From assembly GCA_035504555.1 (NCBI GenBank), contig DATJRP010000067.1, positions 53,551 through 117,550 of the forward strand: a DNA stretch of 64,000 nucleotides, read 5' to 3'. The position numbers were made by a program, and so were the translations under genes. This DNA comes from Rhizomicrobium sp. GTDB taxonomy: Bacteria > Pseudomonadota > Alphaproteobacteria > Micropepsales > Micropepsaceae. The notes beneath the pieces are model-generated. The model was not told where the DNA came from and did no database searches. It worked only from the letters and a program-made list of their open reading frames with translations. Every line of letters starts with the position of its first letter. The stretch's first letter is position 1. Positions 10,136 to 19,409 of this stretch are shown here, piece by piece.

Positions 10136-10888
10136 TCAGAGGGACTGGCCCTCGTCCACCGGCAGGAGCGCGCCCGTGATGGCGCGGCCCGCATCGGAGG
10201 CGAGCAGCAGCAACATGCCGTCCAGGTCGCTTTCCGCCTGCAACCGCTTCTTGGGAAACGTCTTGATGCGCGCCTGGCCCGTTTCCGAGCGCAGCCAGCC
10301 GGAGTTGAGCTCGGTCTCGATATAGCCGGGACAGATCGCGTTCACGTTGATGTCGTACCGCGCCCATTCCTGCGCCAGGCATTGCGTCATCATCCCGATC
10401 GCGGCCTTGGAGATGCAGTACGCGGCGACGCCCGGCAGCACGCGGAACGTGCCGATGGAGCCCGTGTTGATAATGCGCCCGCCCGTCTTGCGCGCGATCA
10501 TGCGACGCCCCGCTTCCTGCGCCATGAGGAACGGCCCGCGCAGGTTGGTGCCCATGATCGTGTCGAAATCCTCGACGGCGAGCTCGGTGACGAAGGCGCG
10601 CACATTCATGCCGGCGTTGTTGATGAGGATGTCGATCGGCCCGAGCGCTTTTTCCGCTTCGTCGAACGCCGGCGCGATGCGCGCGGCATCCGTCACATCG
10701 AGCACGACGGTTGCACAGGTGCCGCCCTTCGCTTCGATGTCTTTTTTAACCTCGGCCAGACGTTCGGCCCGGCGTCCGGCGATGGCGACTTTGGCGCCCG
10801 CGCCTGCCAGCACCTGCGCAAAATGTTTGCCGAGACCGCTCGTTGCGCCGGTGACAAAAGCCGTGCGGCCTTTCAGATCGAATTCCAC
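10136..10888 (-). CDS. SDR family oxidoreductase
   Basis: 250 aa from a GTG start preceded by AAGGAA. Has the 'TGATSGLG' cofactor motif, 'NNAG' and the catalytic 'YCISK'. Confidence 0.9.
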   Translation of the reverse strand: MEFDLKGRTAFVTGATSGLGKHFAQVLAGAGAKVAIAGRRAERLAEVKKDIEAKGGTCATVVLDVTDAARIAPAFDEAEKALGPIDILINNAGMNVRAFVTELAVEDFDTIMGTNLRGPFLMAQEAGRRMIARKTGGRIINTGSIGTFRVLPGVAAYCISKAAIGMMTQCLAQEWARYDINVNAICPGYIETELNSGWLRSETGQARIKTFPKKRLQAESDLDGMLLLLASDAGRAITGALLPVDEGQSL

Positions 10889-10900
10889 GTCCGTTGTTCC

Positions 10901-11332
10901 TTATGGGATGGGTTGTTCGCCGGGCGGCAATGTCAGCCGCGCCAGCAGCACGCCGGCAAACGCCGCCGCGAATTGCGGGACGAGCCACGCCACGCCGCCG
11001 CTCGCGAAGAAGTCCGTTCCACCGAGAGCGATAATGCCCAGAATCTCGATGATCAGATACCAGACGCACATCGCGGCCATGAATGCGTAGGCATTGCGAT
11101 GGCGCACGCGGCCCGTGAACAGCCAGCCCGCGAAAAAGAACAGGACCAGACCACCGATATGAACCCACCATGGCAGGAGCCATCCGGTCGTTGCCGCGTG
11201 ATAGAAGGCCGGCAAATGCCCCGGTGCGATCAGGACGCTGTAGATCCCGACGACGGGATAGCCGAGCAGCATCAGGACCGCCATGATCACGAACGCGAGA
11301 ACGAGCGCTTTTGCATAGTCTACGGGCTTCAT
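10901..11332 (-). CDS. hypothetical integral membrane protein
   Basis: About 143 aa from the ATG at 11332 (GGAAG upstream; the ORF extends to a TTG at 11362). Four hydrophobic helices. First gene of the SDR/CoA-transferase/phosphatase operon. Confidence 0.5.
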   Translation of the reverse strand: MKPVDYAKALVLAFVIMAVLMLLGYPVVGIYSVLIAPGHLPAFYHAATTGWLLPWWVHIGGLVLFFFAGWLFTGRVRHRNAYAFMAAMCVWYLIIEILGIIALGGTDFFASGGVAWLVPQFAAAFAGVLLARLTLPPGEQPIP

Positions 11333-11419
11333 CGTCTTCCGCCGGCGGCCAATGTGCGACAAGGGTAGCAGGGCCGGCGCATTTCACAACGCGGCGGGTT
11401 TGCCTTATCCTCGCGCTCC

Positions 11420-12058
11420 ATGCAGATCGACATCGTCTCCGACACGGTTTGTCCGTGGTGTTTCATCGGTAAGCGCAAGCTCGAGCGGGCGCTGGCCATG
11501 CGCCCCGAAATCCCCTTCGACGTCCGCTGGCGCGCCTATCGCCTCGACCCCGATGTTCCGCGCGGCGGCGTCGACAGACGCGCCTATATGAAGGCCAAAT
11601 TCGGCGACAGCCCCCGCACGTCCGCCATGAGCGACGCGATCAAGGCGGCCGGGGAATCCGTGGATATCGCCTTCGCGTTCGACCGCATCGAGAAGCGCCC
11701 CGACACGATCGACTCTCACCGCCTCATTCGTTGGGCGGCGTCCGGCGGCCGGCAGAACGACGTCGTCGAGCGTCTGTTCAAAGCCTATTTCGAGGAAGGC
11801 CGTGATATCGGCGATCCGGCCGTGCTGGTCGACATGGCCGGAGAAGCCGGCATGGATGCGGGGCTGGTGGAAGAGCTGCTCGCGAAGGACGCGGACCGTG
11901 AACTCGTCGAACAGGAAGACGCACTCGCGCATCGCATGGGCATCTCCGGCGTGCCGACTTTCATCTTCGCCAACAAATATCTCATCTCGGGCGCGTATGA
12001 CGCCGACAAGCTCGTGCGCGTGATCGACAAAACGCAGTCGGAGATGCAGACCGCGTAA
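11420..12058 (+). CDS. DsbA-family thiol:disulfide oxidoreductase (FrnE-like)
   Basis: 212 aa. 'DTVCPWCFIGK' provides a CPWC thioredoxin-fold active site near the N-terminus. Confidence 0.85.
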   Translation: MQIDIVSDTVCPWCFIGKRKLERALAMRPEIPFDVRWRAYRLDPDVPRGGVDRRAYMKAKFGDSPRTSAMSDAIKAAGESVDIAFAFDRIEKRPDTIDSHRLIRWAASGGRQNDVVERLFKAYFEEGRDIGDPAVLVDMAGEAGMDAGLVEELLAKDADRELVEQEDALAHRMGISGVPTFIFANKYLISGAYDADKLVRVIDKTQSEMQTA

Positions 12059-12201
12059 TTCGTTCATCGGTACCAACAGGGGCTTTCCATGAAAAACACT
12101 CTTGCGACTGCGGCGCTCGCCGCGGTGATGGTTCCGGCGTTGTCGGCGCGGCGCCCGCACTCCGACCTAATTCGTGTTTATATTGCGCTCTGTCGAAGCA
12201 G

Positions 12202-12738
12202 ATGGAGACTGACATGAGCATCGTCGCCCGCGAAATGGCGCTTTCGGAAGTCGGTTTCATCGTCGATTATTTCCTGGGCGCCACGCCAGAACATCTCGAA
12301 ACGATGGGCGTCGATCCGTCCCGCCTGCCGCGGCGCTGCGAGTGGCTCGAGCGCTACAGGCAGGAATACGCGCTCCCGATCGAAAAGCGTTCGACATTTC
12401 TCACGATCTGGCTGACGGGCGACGGCCCCGTGGGATTCTCGACGTGCAATCCCATGGTCTACGGCGAACGCGCCAACATGCATCTGCATGTCGTCGTGCC
12501 GGAATTGCGGCAGACAGGCATCGGCGTGGAGGGCGTCAAACAGAGCGCGGCCATCTATTTCGACCGGTTGAAGCTGAAGCTGCTGTTCTGCGAGCCGAAT
12601 GCGTTCAACGTCGGCCCCAACCGCACGCTGCAAAAGGCCGGCTTCAAATATCTGAAAACCCACATGACCGTGCCCGGCGCCATCAACTACCACCAGGCCG
12701 TAACGCGCTGGGTGATGGAGCGCGACGAGCGCAGGTAA
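12202..12738 (+). CDS. GNAT family N-acetyltransferase
   Basis: 178-aa ORF; an alternative ATG at 12214 has a GGAG 7 nt upstream. The 'RQTGIGVEGVK' region resembles the acetyl-CoA binding loop. The family call is moderate. Confidence 0.65.
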   Translation: METDMSIVAREMALSEVGFIVDYFLGATPEHLETMGVDPSRLPRRCEWLERYRQEYALPIEKRSTFLTIWLTGDGPVGFSTCNPMVYGERANMHLHVVVPELRQTGIGVEGVKQSAAIYFDRLKLKLLFCEPNAFNVGPNRTLQKAGFKYLKTHMTVPGAINYHQAVTRWVMERDERR

Positions 12739-13153
12739 TGATTCTGCATTTTCCTGTCACCGAACAGGCAACATCGCAGGCCGTCGCCCAATTGTTGCTC
12801 TTCACGCGGGACAAATCCGGGTGCAGACTCGCGGCTGTTCTTTGACATCGTGAAGAATCCAGGCGTTGTTTCGCGGGCATAACGTCATGTCCGAGCGCGG
12901 GGGGTCTCGCCCGCCTTTCGGCAGACGAGCGCGGGGCTGGATGCGAAACGTACACGGACGAATTTGCCGCTGTTCGGCCCTGTTTTTCGACACGGGGGGC
13001 GAGCCTCGCGTCCAAGAAAGCCACAGGAGACAGCCCTTTCCCGCCTGCGCGTGCGCGCGCGAAAAACGCGTCGCCCTGTTCTTCGCCCTGTTCGCAGGGC
13101 GGGCGTGCAAGGCGCACGAAACGGCAACGCGTGTCGAAAAAGAGCTGGTCCGC

Positions 13154-14524
13154 CTACGCCGCCGCCGCGACGACGCGGTTGCGGCCGTCGTGTTTGGCGC
13201 GGTAGAGCGCCTGGTCGGCGCGGTGGAGCAGCGCCGAGGCCGTGTCGCCGGGCATTTTCGAACCGGCGATGCCGATCGAGATCGTGACGTTCAGATGATG
13301 CGGCGCGCGGCTGATGTCGAACGGCGTCGTCTCCACGCCCTTGCGCAGGCGCTCGGCCACAGAATAGGCGAATTCGACATCCGTATCCGGCATGACGACG
13401 ACGAACTCCTCGCCGCCGTAACGGCAGGCGAGATCGATGCCGCGCACATTGGCGGCGATGCGGCCCGCGAACTCGCGCAAGACTTCATCGCCGATGTCGT
13501 GGCCGTAGGTGTCGTTGACGCGCTTGAAGTGGTCGATGTCGAAGATGAGGAAGGCGACCGGCTTGCCGGTCCTGGCCGCGCCCGCGATCAGCGTGTCGAG
13601 ATGGCGGCTCATGTAGCGGCGATTGTGCAGGCCGGTGAGCTGGTCCGTGATCGCCATCTCGAGGCTCAGCTGCACATTGTGGCGCAGCCGGTCCTGGTAG
13701 CGTTTCCTCCGCAATTGCGTGCGCACGCGCGCGGTCAATTCGTTCTTGTCGACGGGGCGCGTGAGATAGTCGTTGACGCCCATTTCGAGCGCCTGGGAAA
13801 GCTTGCGGCGGTCGCCGTCGCTGACCACGACCAGGATCGGCACGTGGCGCGCTTCCGGCAGCGAACGCAGCTGCGAGCAGAGCCTGAGGCCGTCGAAGGT
13901 GCGCAGGCCGAGGCTCACCACGATCAGGTCGTAGTCGCCGCCGCGCACCCGGACCATGGCTTCTTCGAAGCTGTCGGCGGCGGTCACTTCGTTCGTGCCC
14001 TCCAGTGCGGCCTGGAACCAGGCGAGCGATTCGGGCCGGTCTTCGATGATGAGGATGCGGCCCGCCGGCGCCGGCTCGCTCATCATTTCGGCCGGATCGA
14101 CGAGGCCCATGCTGTGGCCCGTGGTTTCGCGCATGCGAAGCTCGTCGGTCATCATCTTGAGGCGCACGAGGCTCCGCACGCGGGCGAAGAGCGCCGAGTC
14201 GTCCACAGGTTTCGTGAGGAAGTCGTCCGCCCCCGCATCGAGGCCCGCCACGCGGTCGGAGGGCTGGTCGAGCGCCGTCACCATGACGACCGGGATATGC
14301 GCGGTCTTGGCGTTGACCTTGATGCGACGGCAGACTTCGAAGCCGTCCATGCCCGGCATCATGACGTCGAGCAGCACGATATCCGGGCTGTGTTCCTCGA
14401 TTTTGACGAGCGCTTCCTGGCCGTTGAACGCCGTCACCACCTCGAAGTACTCGGCGGTGAGCTTGGCTTCGAGCAGCTTCACGTTCGACAGGATGTCGTC
14501 GACGACGAGAACCCGTGCTGTCAT
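13154..14524 (-). CDS. pleD: response regulator / diguanylate cyclase PleD
   Basis: 456 aa with two tandem receiver domains ('VLVVDD', 'ILIIED') followed by a GGDEF domain with an intact 'GGEEF' and an upstream RxxD-like I-site region. Directly downstream of divK. Confidence 0.92.
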   Translation of the reverse strand: MTARVLVVDDILSNVKLLEAKLTAEYFEVVTAFNGQEALVKIEEHSPDIVLLDVMMPGMDGFEVCRRIKVNAKTAHIPVVMVTALDQPSDRVAGLDAGADDFLTKPVDDSALFARVRSLVRLKMMTDELRMRETTGHSMGLVDPAEMMSEPAPAGRILIIEDRPESLAWFQAALEGTNEVTAADSFEEAMVRVRGGDYDLIVVSLGLRTFDGLRLCSQLRSLPEARHVPILVVVSDGDRRKLSQALEMGVNDYLTRPVDKNELTARVRTQLRRKRYQDRLRHNVQLSLEMAITDQLTGLHNRRYMSRHLDTLIAGAARTGKPVAFLIFDIDHFKRVNDTYGHDIGDEVLREFAGRIAANVRGIDLACRYGGEEFVVVMPDTDVEFAYSVAERLRKGVETTPFDISRAPHHLNVTISIGIAGSKMPGDTASALLHRADQALYRAKHDGRNRVVAAAA

Positions 14525-14530
14525 GGCGTT

Positions 14531-14905
14531 TTAGCCGATGAAGCGGCGCACGGTATCGAGAAAGTTCGTCACCGAAATGGGCTTGGAAATATAGGCCTCG
14601 CAGCCGCCCTGCCGGATCACCTCTTCGTCGCCTTTCATGGCGAACGCGGTGACCGCGACGACGGGAATGGCCTTCAGCGAGTCGTCTTCCTTGAGCCATT
14701 TGGTGACTTCCAGACCCGAAACTTCCGGCAGCTGGATGTCCATCAGGATGAGGTCGGGATGGTGCTCGCGTGCGATGTCGAGCGCTTCCATGCCGTCCTT
14801 CGTCTGCAGAATATTGTAGCCGTGCGCGTCGAGAAGGTCGTGGAAGAGCTTCATGTTGAGCTCGTTATCCTCGACGATCAGAACCGTCTTCGCCTTCGCG
14901 TCCAT
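14531..14905 (-). CDS. divK: single-domain cell-cycle response regulator DivK
   Basis: 124 aa from the ATG at 14905 (GGAGAG 7 nt upstream). '[16 protein letters not shown]...[10 protein letters not shown]...[10 protein letters not shown]' is a very DivK-like receiver domain. Lies 6 nt upstream of pleD. Confidence 0.9.
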   Translation of the reverse strand: MDAKAKTVLIVEDNELNMKLFHDLLDAHGYNILQTKDGMEALDIAREHHPDLILMDIQLPEVSGLEVTKWLKEDDSLKAIPVVAVTAFAMKGDEEVIRQGGCEAYISKPISVTNFLDTVRRFIG

Positions 14906-15007
14906 CGCTTGACTCTCCAAGGTCTCAAATCGCCCACTAGTGGCAGGCCAAAGGCCCCGGCGATCGGCGGAAACGGCCTCTTGTCGTGTAGTATTAGGCT
15001 GGAACTC

Positions 15008-15022
15008 TTAACGCTCCGTTGA
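15008..15022. promoter_or_regulatory. CtrA-box-like motif TTAA-N7-TTGA
   Basis: 'TTAACGCTCCGTTGA' in the divK / DUF3572 divergent region. It has one mismatch to TTAA-N7-TTAA. Confidence 0.25.
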
Positions 15023-15035
15023 TAAAGGCCCTACC

Positions 15036-15296
15036 GTGAACTCCGTCGAGGCCGAAACTTTGGCCCTTAAGGCTTTGGCATACCTTGCGCATTCCCCGGA
15101 CGACCTGGAGCGATTTGTGGCTCTCTCAGGGGTTACTTCGGCCGATCTCAAGGCCCGGGCGGACGACCCGGAAATCCTGGCGGCCGTCCTTGATTTCATT
15201 TTAACCGACGACGGCCGGGTGACGGGTTTCTGCGAGGAGGCCGGCATCGATCCGCGCGTGCTTCATGCGGCGCGGCGCGTGCTGCCCGGCGCATGA
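15036..15296 (+). CDS. DUF3572 domain-containing protein
   Basis: 86 aa. 'ALKALAYLAHSPDDLERFVALSGVTSADLKARADDPEILAAVLDFIL' matches my memory of DUF3572 proteins found near divK-pleD in Rhizobiales. Confidence 0.75.
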   Translation: MNSVEAETLALKALAYLAHSPDDLERFVALSGVTSADLKARADDPEILAAVLDFILTDDGRVTGFCEEAGIDPRVLHAARRVLPGA

Positions 15297-15940
15297 GCGA
15301 TTTCCACACCGATGCGGCGACGGTGCCGGTTGCCGCGGGGCGTCCGCTTCTGATCGTCGATGCCGACGAAGTGCTGCTCGCGTTCGCGCGCGGCTTCGAT
15401 CGGTTCCTGAACGAACGCGGCTGCTATCTCGATCTCGTGAGCTATCGCCTGCACGGCAATGTCCGCCGACGCAAAGACGATACGCCGCTCATCGACATCG
15501 AAGTTACCGGATTGCTCGACGAATTCCGCAGCGACCTCGACTGGCTGGAGCCGATCGACGGCGCCTGCGAGACGATCGCGGCCTTGCGCGAGGCCATGGC
15601 CATCGTTGTGGTCTCCAACGTTTCTCCCGGGCAGGCGCCCGCGCGTCTCAAGAATCTCCGGAACCTGGGATTGATCGCGCCGCTGCTCGCCAATTCCGGT
15701 CCGAAAGGACCGGCCGTCAAAACACTCGCGAAGCGCGCGGGAAAGCCCGTCTTCTTCGTGGACGATGTTCCCATGCACCACGCCTCGGTTGCCGAACTCG
15801 CGCCGGACGTCGTCCGCATCCACTTTGTAGGCGACGATCGCCTGAAAGCGCTGATGCCGCCGTCACTGCATGCGCATCTGCGCGCCGATCATTGGCGCGA
15901 CATCGATGCGTTCATCCGCGCACAACTGAAGGAACATTAG
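15293..15940 (+). CDS. HAD-superfamily hydrolase-like protein
   Basis: 215 aa. The start overlaps the previous stop (ATGA). 'LLIVDADEVLL' fits HAD motif I (DxDxV), and 'FFVDD' is a late acidic motif. Confidence 0.6.
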   Translation: MSDFHTDAATVPVAAGRPLLIVDADEVLLAFARGFDRFLNERGCYLDLVSYRLHGNVRRRKDDTPLIDIEVTGLLDEFRSDLDWLEPIDGACETIAALREAMAIVVVSNVSPGQAPARLKNLRNLGLIAPLLANSGPKGPAVKTLAKRAGKPVFFVDDVPMHHASVAELAPDVVRIHFVGDDRLKALMPPSLHAHLRADHWRDIDAFIRAQLKEH

Positions 15941-15942
15941 TC

Positions 15943-16866
15943 TTGCGTATCGGCATCGATCTCGGCGGCACCAAAATCGAGCTCGTGGCGCTCGGGCCCG
16001 GCGGCGAGGTCATCTGGCGCGAGCGGGTACCGACGCCGAAGGACGATTACGAAGCGACGATTCTCGCCATGCGCGATCTGGTGATGCGCGCGGAAGGCCA
16101 GCTGCGGGATCGCGGCTCGGTCGGCGTCGCGATTCCGGGCGCGATCAGTGCAAAAACGGGGCTCGTGAAGAACGCGAACTCGACGAAGTTGATCGGCCAT
16201 CCGCTCGATAAGGATCTGGCCGTGGCGATTGGACGGCCCGTGCGTGTCGCCAACGATGCGAATTGCTTTGCCCTCTCCGAAGCGACCGACGGCGCAGGCC
16301 GCGGCGCGCAGGTGGTGTTCGGCATCATTGCGGGAACAGGCATCGGCGGCGGCGTTGTCGTGGACGGGCGTGTGATTGTCGGCGCCAATGCCATCGCCGG
16401 CGAATGGGGTCACAATCCCCTGCCCCGTCCGTCGCATGACGAAATACGCGGGCCGCCGTGCTATTGCGGCAAGCGAGGCTGTATCGAAAGCTGGCTCAGC
16501 GGGCCGGCCCTGGCACGCCAGTTCGAAGAGAGCACCAGCCGCGCCCTGATCGCCACGGAGATCGCCCAAGCCGCCGAACGGGGCGACGCGGCCGCAAAGG
16601 CCATGATGGAAATATTCTACGACCGCTTCGCGCGCGCCATCGCCACCGTCGTCAACATCATCGATCCCGATGCCGTCGTGATCGGCGGCGGGCTTTCCAA
16701 GATCGACGGGCTCTATCGCGAATTGCCGGAGCGCATCATGGCTTACGCCTTCACGCCGGAAGGTCCCACGCGTGTGCTGAAGAACGTCCACGGGGATTCC
16801 AGCGGCGTGCGCGGCGCAGCCTGGCTCTGGAGCGAAGAGGAACACGCTGCGGCCATCAAGGGATGA
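15943..16866 (+). CDS. ROK family sugar kinase (N-acetylglucosamine/fructokinase-like)
   Basis: TTG start at 15943 with GAAGGAA upstream. Has the 'IGIDLGGTKIE' ATP-binding N-terminus and the Cys-rich zinc motif 'CYCGKRGCIE'. 307 aa. Confidence 0.8.
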   Translation: MRIGIDLGGTKIELVALGPGGEVIWRERVPTPKDDYEATILAMRDLVMRAEGQLRDRGSVGVAIPGAISAKTGLVKNANSTKLIGHPLDKDLAVAIGRPVRVANDANCFALSEATDGAGRGAQVVFGIIAGTGIGGGVVVDGRVIVGANAIAGEWGHNPLPRPSHDEIRGPPCYCGKRGCIESWLSGPALARQFEESTSRALIATEIAQAAERGDAAAKAMMEIFYDRFARAIATVVNIIDPDAVVIGGGLSKIDGLYRELPERIMAYAFTPEGPTRVLKNVHGDSSGVRGAAWLWSEEEHAAAIKG

Positions 16867-18140
16867 GCGCCTTCTGCCGCGATTGCCTCGAAGATGCGCC
16901 GGACGGAGCGCAGCGCTGCGAGGTGTGCGGCGGCCGTCACGTTCTCTCCCATCCCGAATTGCACACGCTCCCGATCGCCCATCTCGATTGCGATGCGTTC
17001 TATGCGGCCATCGAGAAGCGCGACGATCCCTCTCTGGCCGACAAGCCGCTCATCATCGGCGGCGGCGTGCGCGGCGTGGTGTCGACGGCCTGCTACATCG
17101 CGCGAATCCAGGGCGTGCGCTCGGCCATGCCGATGTTCCAGGCGCGCAAGCTGTGCCCGCAGGCGGTCGTCCTCAAACCCAACATGGCAAAATATGCAGC
17201 GGCCGCGCGCGAGGTGCGCAGGCTGATGCGCGAACTGACGCCGCAGGTCGAGCCGCTCTCGCTCGACGAAGCCTATCTCGATCTGTCAGGTACCGAACGC
17301 CTGCACGGGATGAGCCCGGCCAAGATCATGGCGCGGCTGGCGCAGCGCATCGAACGCGAAATCGGCATCACGGCGTCGATCGGCCTCAGCCACAACAAAT
17401 TCCTCGCCAAGCTCGCCTCCGATCTCGACAAGCCGCGCGGCTTCGCCGTCATCGGCCGCGCCGAGGCGAAGGCGTTCCTGCGCGACAAGCCCGTGGGTTT
17501 CGTGCGCGGAGCCGGCAAGGCGCTGGTAGCGAAGCTCGCCAAAGACGGCATCACCCGCATCGCGCAGCTGCAGGATGTCGATCCGCGCGACCTGGCGCGC
17601 CGCTACGGTTCGACGGGCCTGTGGCTGCACCGCATGGCGCACGCGGAGGACAATCGCCGCGTCGATCCTTCCGGCGAAATGAAAAGCATTTCCTCGGAGA
17701 CGACGTTCTTCCAGGACATCACGGCGCTGGCCGAACTCGAAAGCATCCTGTGGCGGCAGTCCGAGCGCGTCTCCGCGCGCGCCAAGCACAGCGAACTCGG
17801 CGGGCGCACGATCGTCTTGAAGCTCAAGACGGCCAATTTCCGCATCCGCACCCGCAGCGTCTCGCTCGATACGCCGACGCAACTGGCCGACCGCATCTTC
17901 CGCGTGGCCCGCGCGGCGCTGATACGCGAAGCCGACGGCACAGCCTATCGCCTGCTCGGCGTCGGCATTACCAATCTTTGCGCGGCGCAGGAATGCGATC
18001 CCGCCGATCTCGTCGACAAGGGAAGCGCCAAGCGCGCCGCCGCGGAGCACGCCATCGATCGCGTGCGGGAGAAGTTCGGTGCGGATGCGGTGGGCAAGGG
18101 CCGTGGACGTTCGGCGAAGAGCCGCAGCTCTCACCAATAG
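16863..18140 (+). CDS. dinB: DNA polymerase IV with N-terminal CxxC-N10-CxxC extension
   Basis: 425 aa; the ATG overlaps the ROK stop (ATGA). Y-family motifs 'HLDCDAFYAAIE' and 'VVSTACYIAR'. N-terminal 'CRDC...CEVC'. Confidence 0.92.
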   Translation: MSAFCRDCLEDAPDGAQRCEVCGGRHVLSHPELHTLPIAHLDCDAFYAAIEKRDDPSLADKPLIIGGGVRGVVSTACYIARIQGVRSAMPMFQARKLCPQAVVLKPNMAKYAAAAREVRRLMRELTPQVEPLSLDEAYLDLSGTERLHGMSPAKIMARLAQRIEREIGITASIGLSHNKFLAKLASDLDKPRGFAVIGRAEAKAFLRDKPVGFVRGAGKALVAKLAKDGITRIAQLQDVDPRDLARRYGSTGLWLHRMAHAEDNRRVDPSGEMKSISSETTFFQDITALAELESILWRQSERVSARAKHSELGGRTIVLKLKTANFRIRTRSVSLDTPTQLADRIFRVARAALIREADGTAYRLLGVGITNLCAAQECDPADLVDKGSAKRAAAEHAIDRVREKFGADAVGKGRGRSAKSRSSHQ

Positions 18141-18763
18141 AAAACGCCGTGCAACACCCAGGTCGCGGTCAGGTCGGGCGATTTCATCGGCACCATTACC
18201 ACTTCCGGCCGCCGCACTTCGCCCGTGAGCCCGCTGACGCGAACGGCCTGGAACACGGGAGTGTTGGTTGCGAGCACTTTATTAAGCGAAGCGAGCAAGC
18301 TCTTCGCTACGGGTTCGGGATAAACCTCCGAAATGAGCATCCCCGTGATGTCGCGCCCGATACGGTGATTGAGTTCGGAACCGACGAGCCGAAAACGGAA
18401 ATCCTCACCCGAACCGACGGGCTCCGTGACGTTAAGATGTTTTGTCAGGCGCGAAATGGCGCGCGAAGGAACGTCCCGCCCCATGACGAAGTCGCCCGCG
18501 CCGCTGCAGGCGCTCCAGTAGGCGAAAAACTCTTTCGCACTTTCATGTATCGGCGCCTCTATTTCACGGACCGTCATCTCGAGACTCTGCCCCGTGACCG
18601 GATCTGTATTGACGATGTGAGGCTTCCTGGCGCTCACGTGCCGCAGCTCCCGTTCCACAATCGCCCTGTCGACGCAGACTTGCCCACGCTCTCCCCCGAT
18701 TCGCGCAGGGCGGGAATATAACGGGCGCGCCGCCGGCGTCAAAGCGAAGAGAGCAGCCGTCAC
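18131..18763 (-). CDS. PAS_5-type PAS domain protein
   Basis: 'FFAYWSACSGAGDFVMGRDVPSRAISRLTKHLNVTE...FRFRLVGSEL' resembles the alphaproteobacterial PAS_5 family. The true start is probably the ATG at 18577 (148 aa). The 3' end overlaps the dinB end by 10 nt. Confidence 0.65.
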   Translation of the reverse strand: MTAALFALTPAARPLYSRPARIGGERGQVCVDRAIVERELRHVSARKPHIVNTDPVTGQSLEMTVREIEAPIHESAKEFFAYWSACSGAGDFVMGRDVPSRAISRLTKHLNVTEPVGSGEDFRFRLVGSELNHRIGRDITGMLISEVYPEPVAKSLLASLNKVLATNTPVFQAVRVSGLTGEVRRPEVVMVPMKSPDLTATWVLHGVFYW

Positions 18764-18820
18764 ACCGACAAGCGGACGTCGGCCGTCGTCATGCGACTGC
18801 GACGCACGCTCGCCGGGGGG

Positions 18821-19252
18821 TCAGGTCACCCAACTCGTGTCGAACCGCGAGGTGTGCGGAATGTCGTTGCTCGGCGTCGCCGCCGCGATCCGGCGCTGCT
18901 CGGCCATTATGATTTCATCCAGCATTTCGGCGACACGTCTCTTGCCGCTTTTGCCGCGCGCTTCCGTCAGCGGAGCGTCGAACAGATATGGCCAGATCGT
19001 GTGAGTCACAAAGTCATCGAGCTCCGTCTCCCAGCGCGCGCTCCGCGGCGTACCGGTCTCTTCAAGATATTTGGCACGCTTATGCATGAGGACCGGTAGG
19101 TGCCGCGCACTCAGCGCACAAAGCTCTGTATAGAGCGTCGATTCCGTTGCAGCCGGAATATACGTGCTTTGCTTGACGAGCCGCCAGGCGCCTCCGATCG
19201 CATCGCTGAACCAGCTGCGTTCGCTATTTCTCATCGACATGTTCTTGTTCAT
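18821..19252 (-). CDS. hypothetical protein
   Basis: 143-aa ORF with no TM helix or signal peptide and no recognisable family. By eye its composition is less GC-rich than its neighbours. Confidence 0.45.
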   Translation of the reverse strand: MNKNMSMRNSERSWFSDAIGGAWRLVKQSTYIPAATESTLYTELCALSARHLPVLMHKRAKYLEETGTPRSARWETELDDFVTHTIWPYLFDAPLTEARGKSGKRRVAEMLDEIIMAEQRRIAAATPSNDIPHTSRFDTSWVT

Positions 19253-19409
19253 GGCGCCCTCCCCATGATGCGGAAAGCATGCGCCCCGAATCTCAATCGA
19301 ACGATAAGAAGCTTGATTAACCCACCCTTGCGGCGATCGAACATGCGAGAGGTGTCGGACGCCGCGTCCGTAAGGGAGCGCGGCGCCCTTCCAGTCAGAT
19401 GGTGTCAGA

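Noticed and set aside
8983-10194. N-terminal 400 aa of the 654-aa ORF 8230..10194, which would make a giant phosphatase fusion.
   Set aside because: This part is out of frame over the well-supported CaiB-type CoA-transferase and reads as an Arg-rich nonsense-like sequence. The phosphatase homology begins right after the GTG at 8982, which overlaps the upstream stop.
16700-16862. SOS (LexA) box directly upstream of dinB.
   Set aside because: Isolated GAAC words are present, but none has a second GAAC or GTTC at N7 spacing. The region is also coding (the ROK gene).
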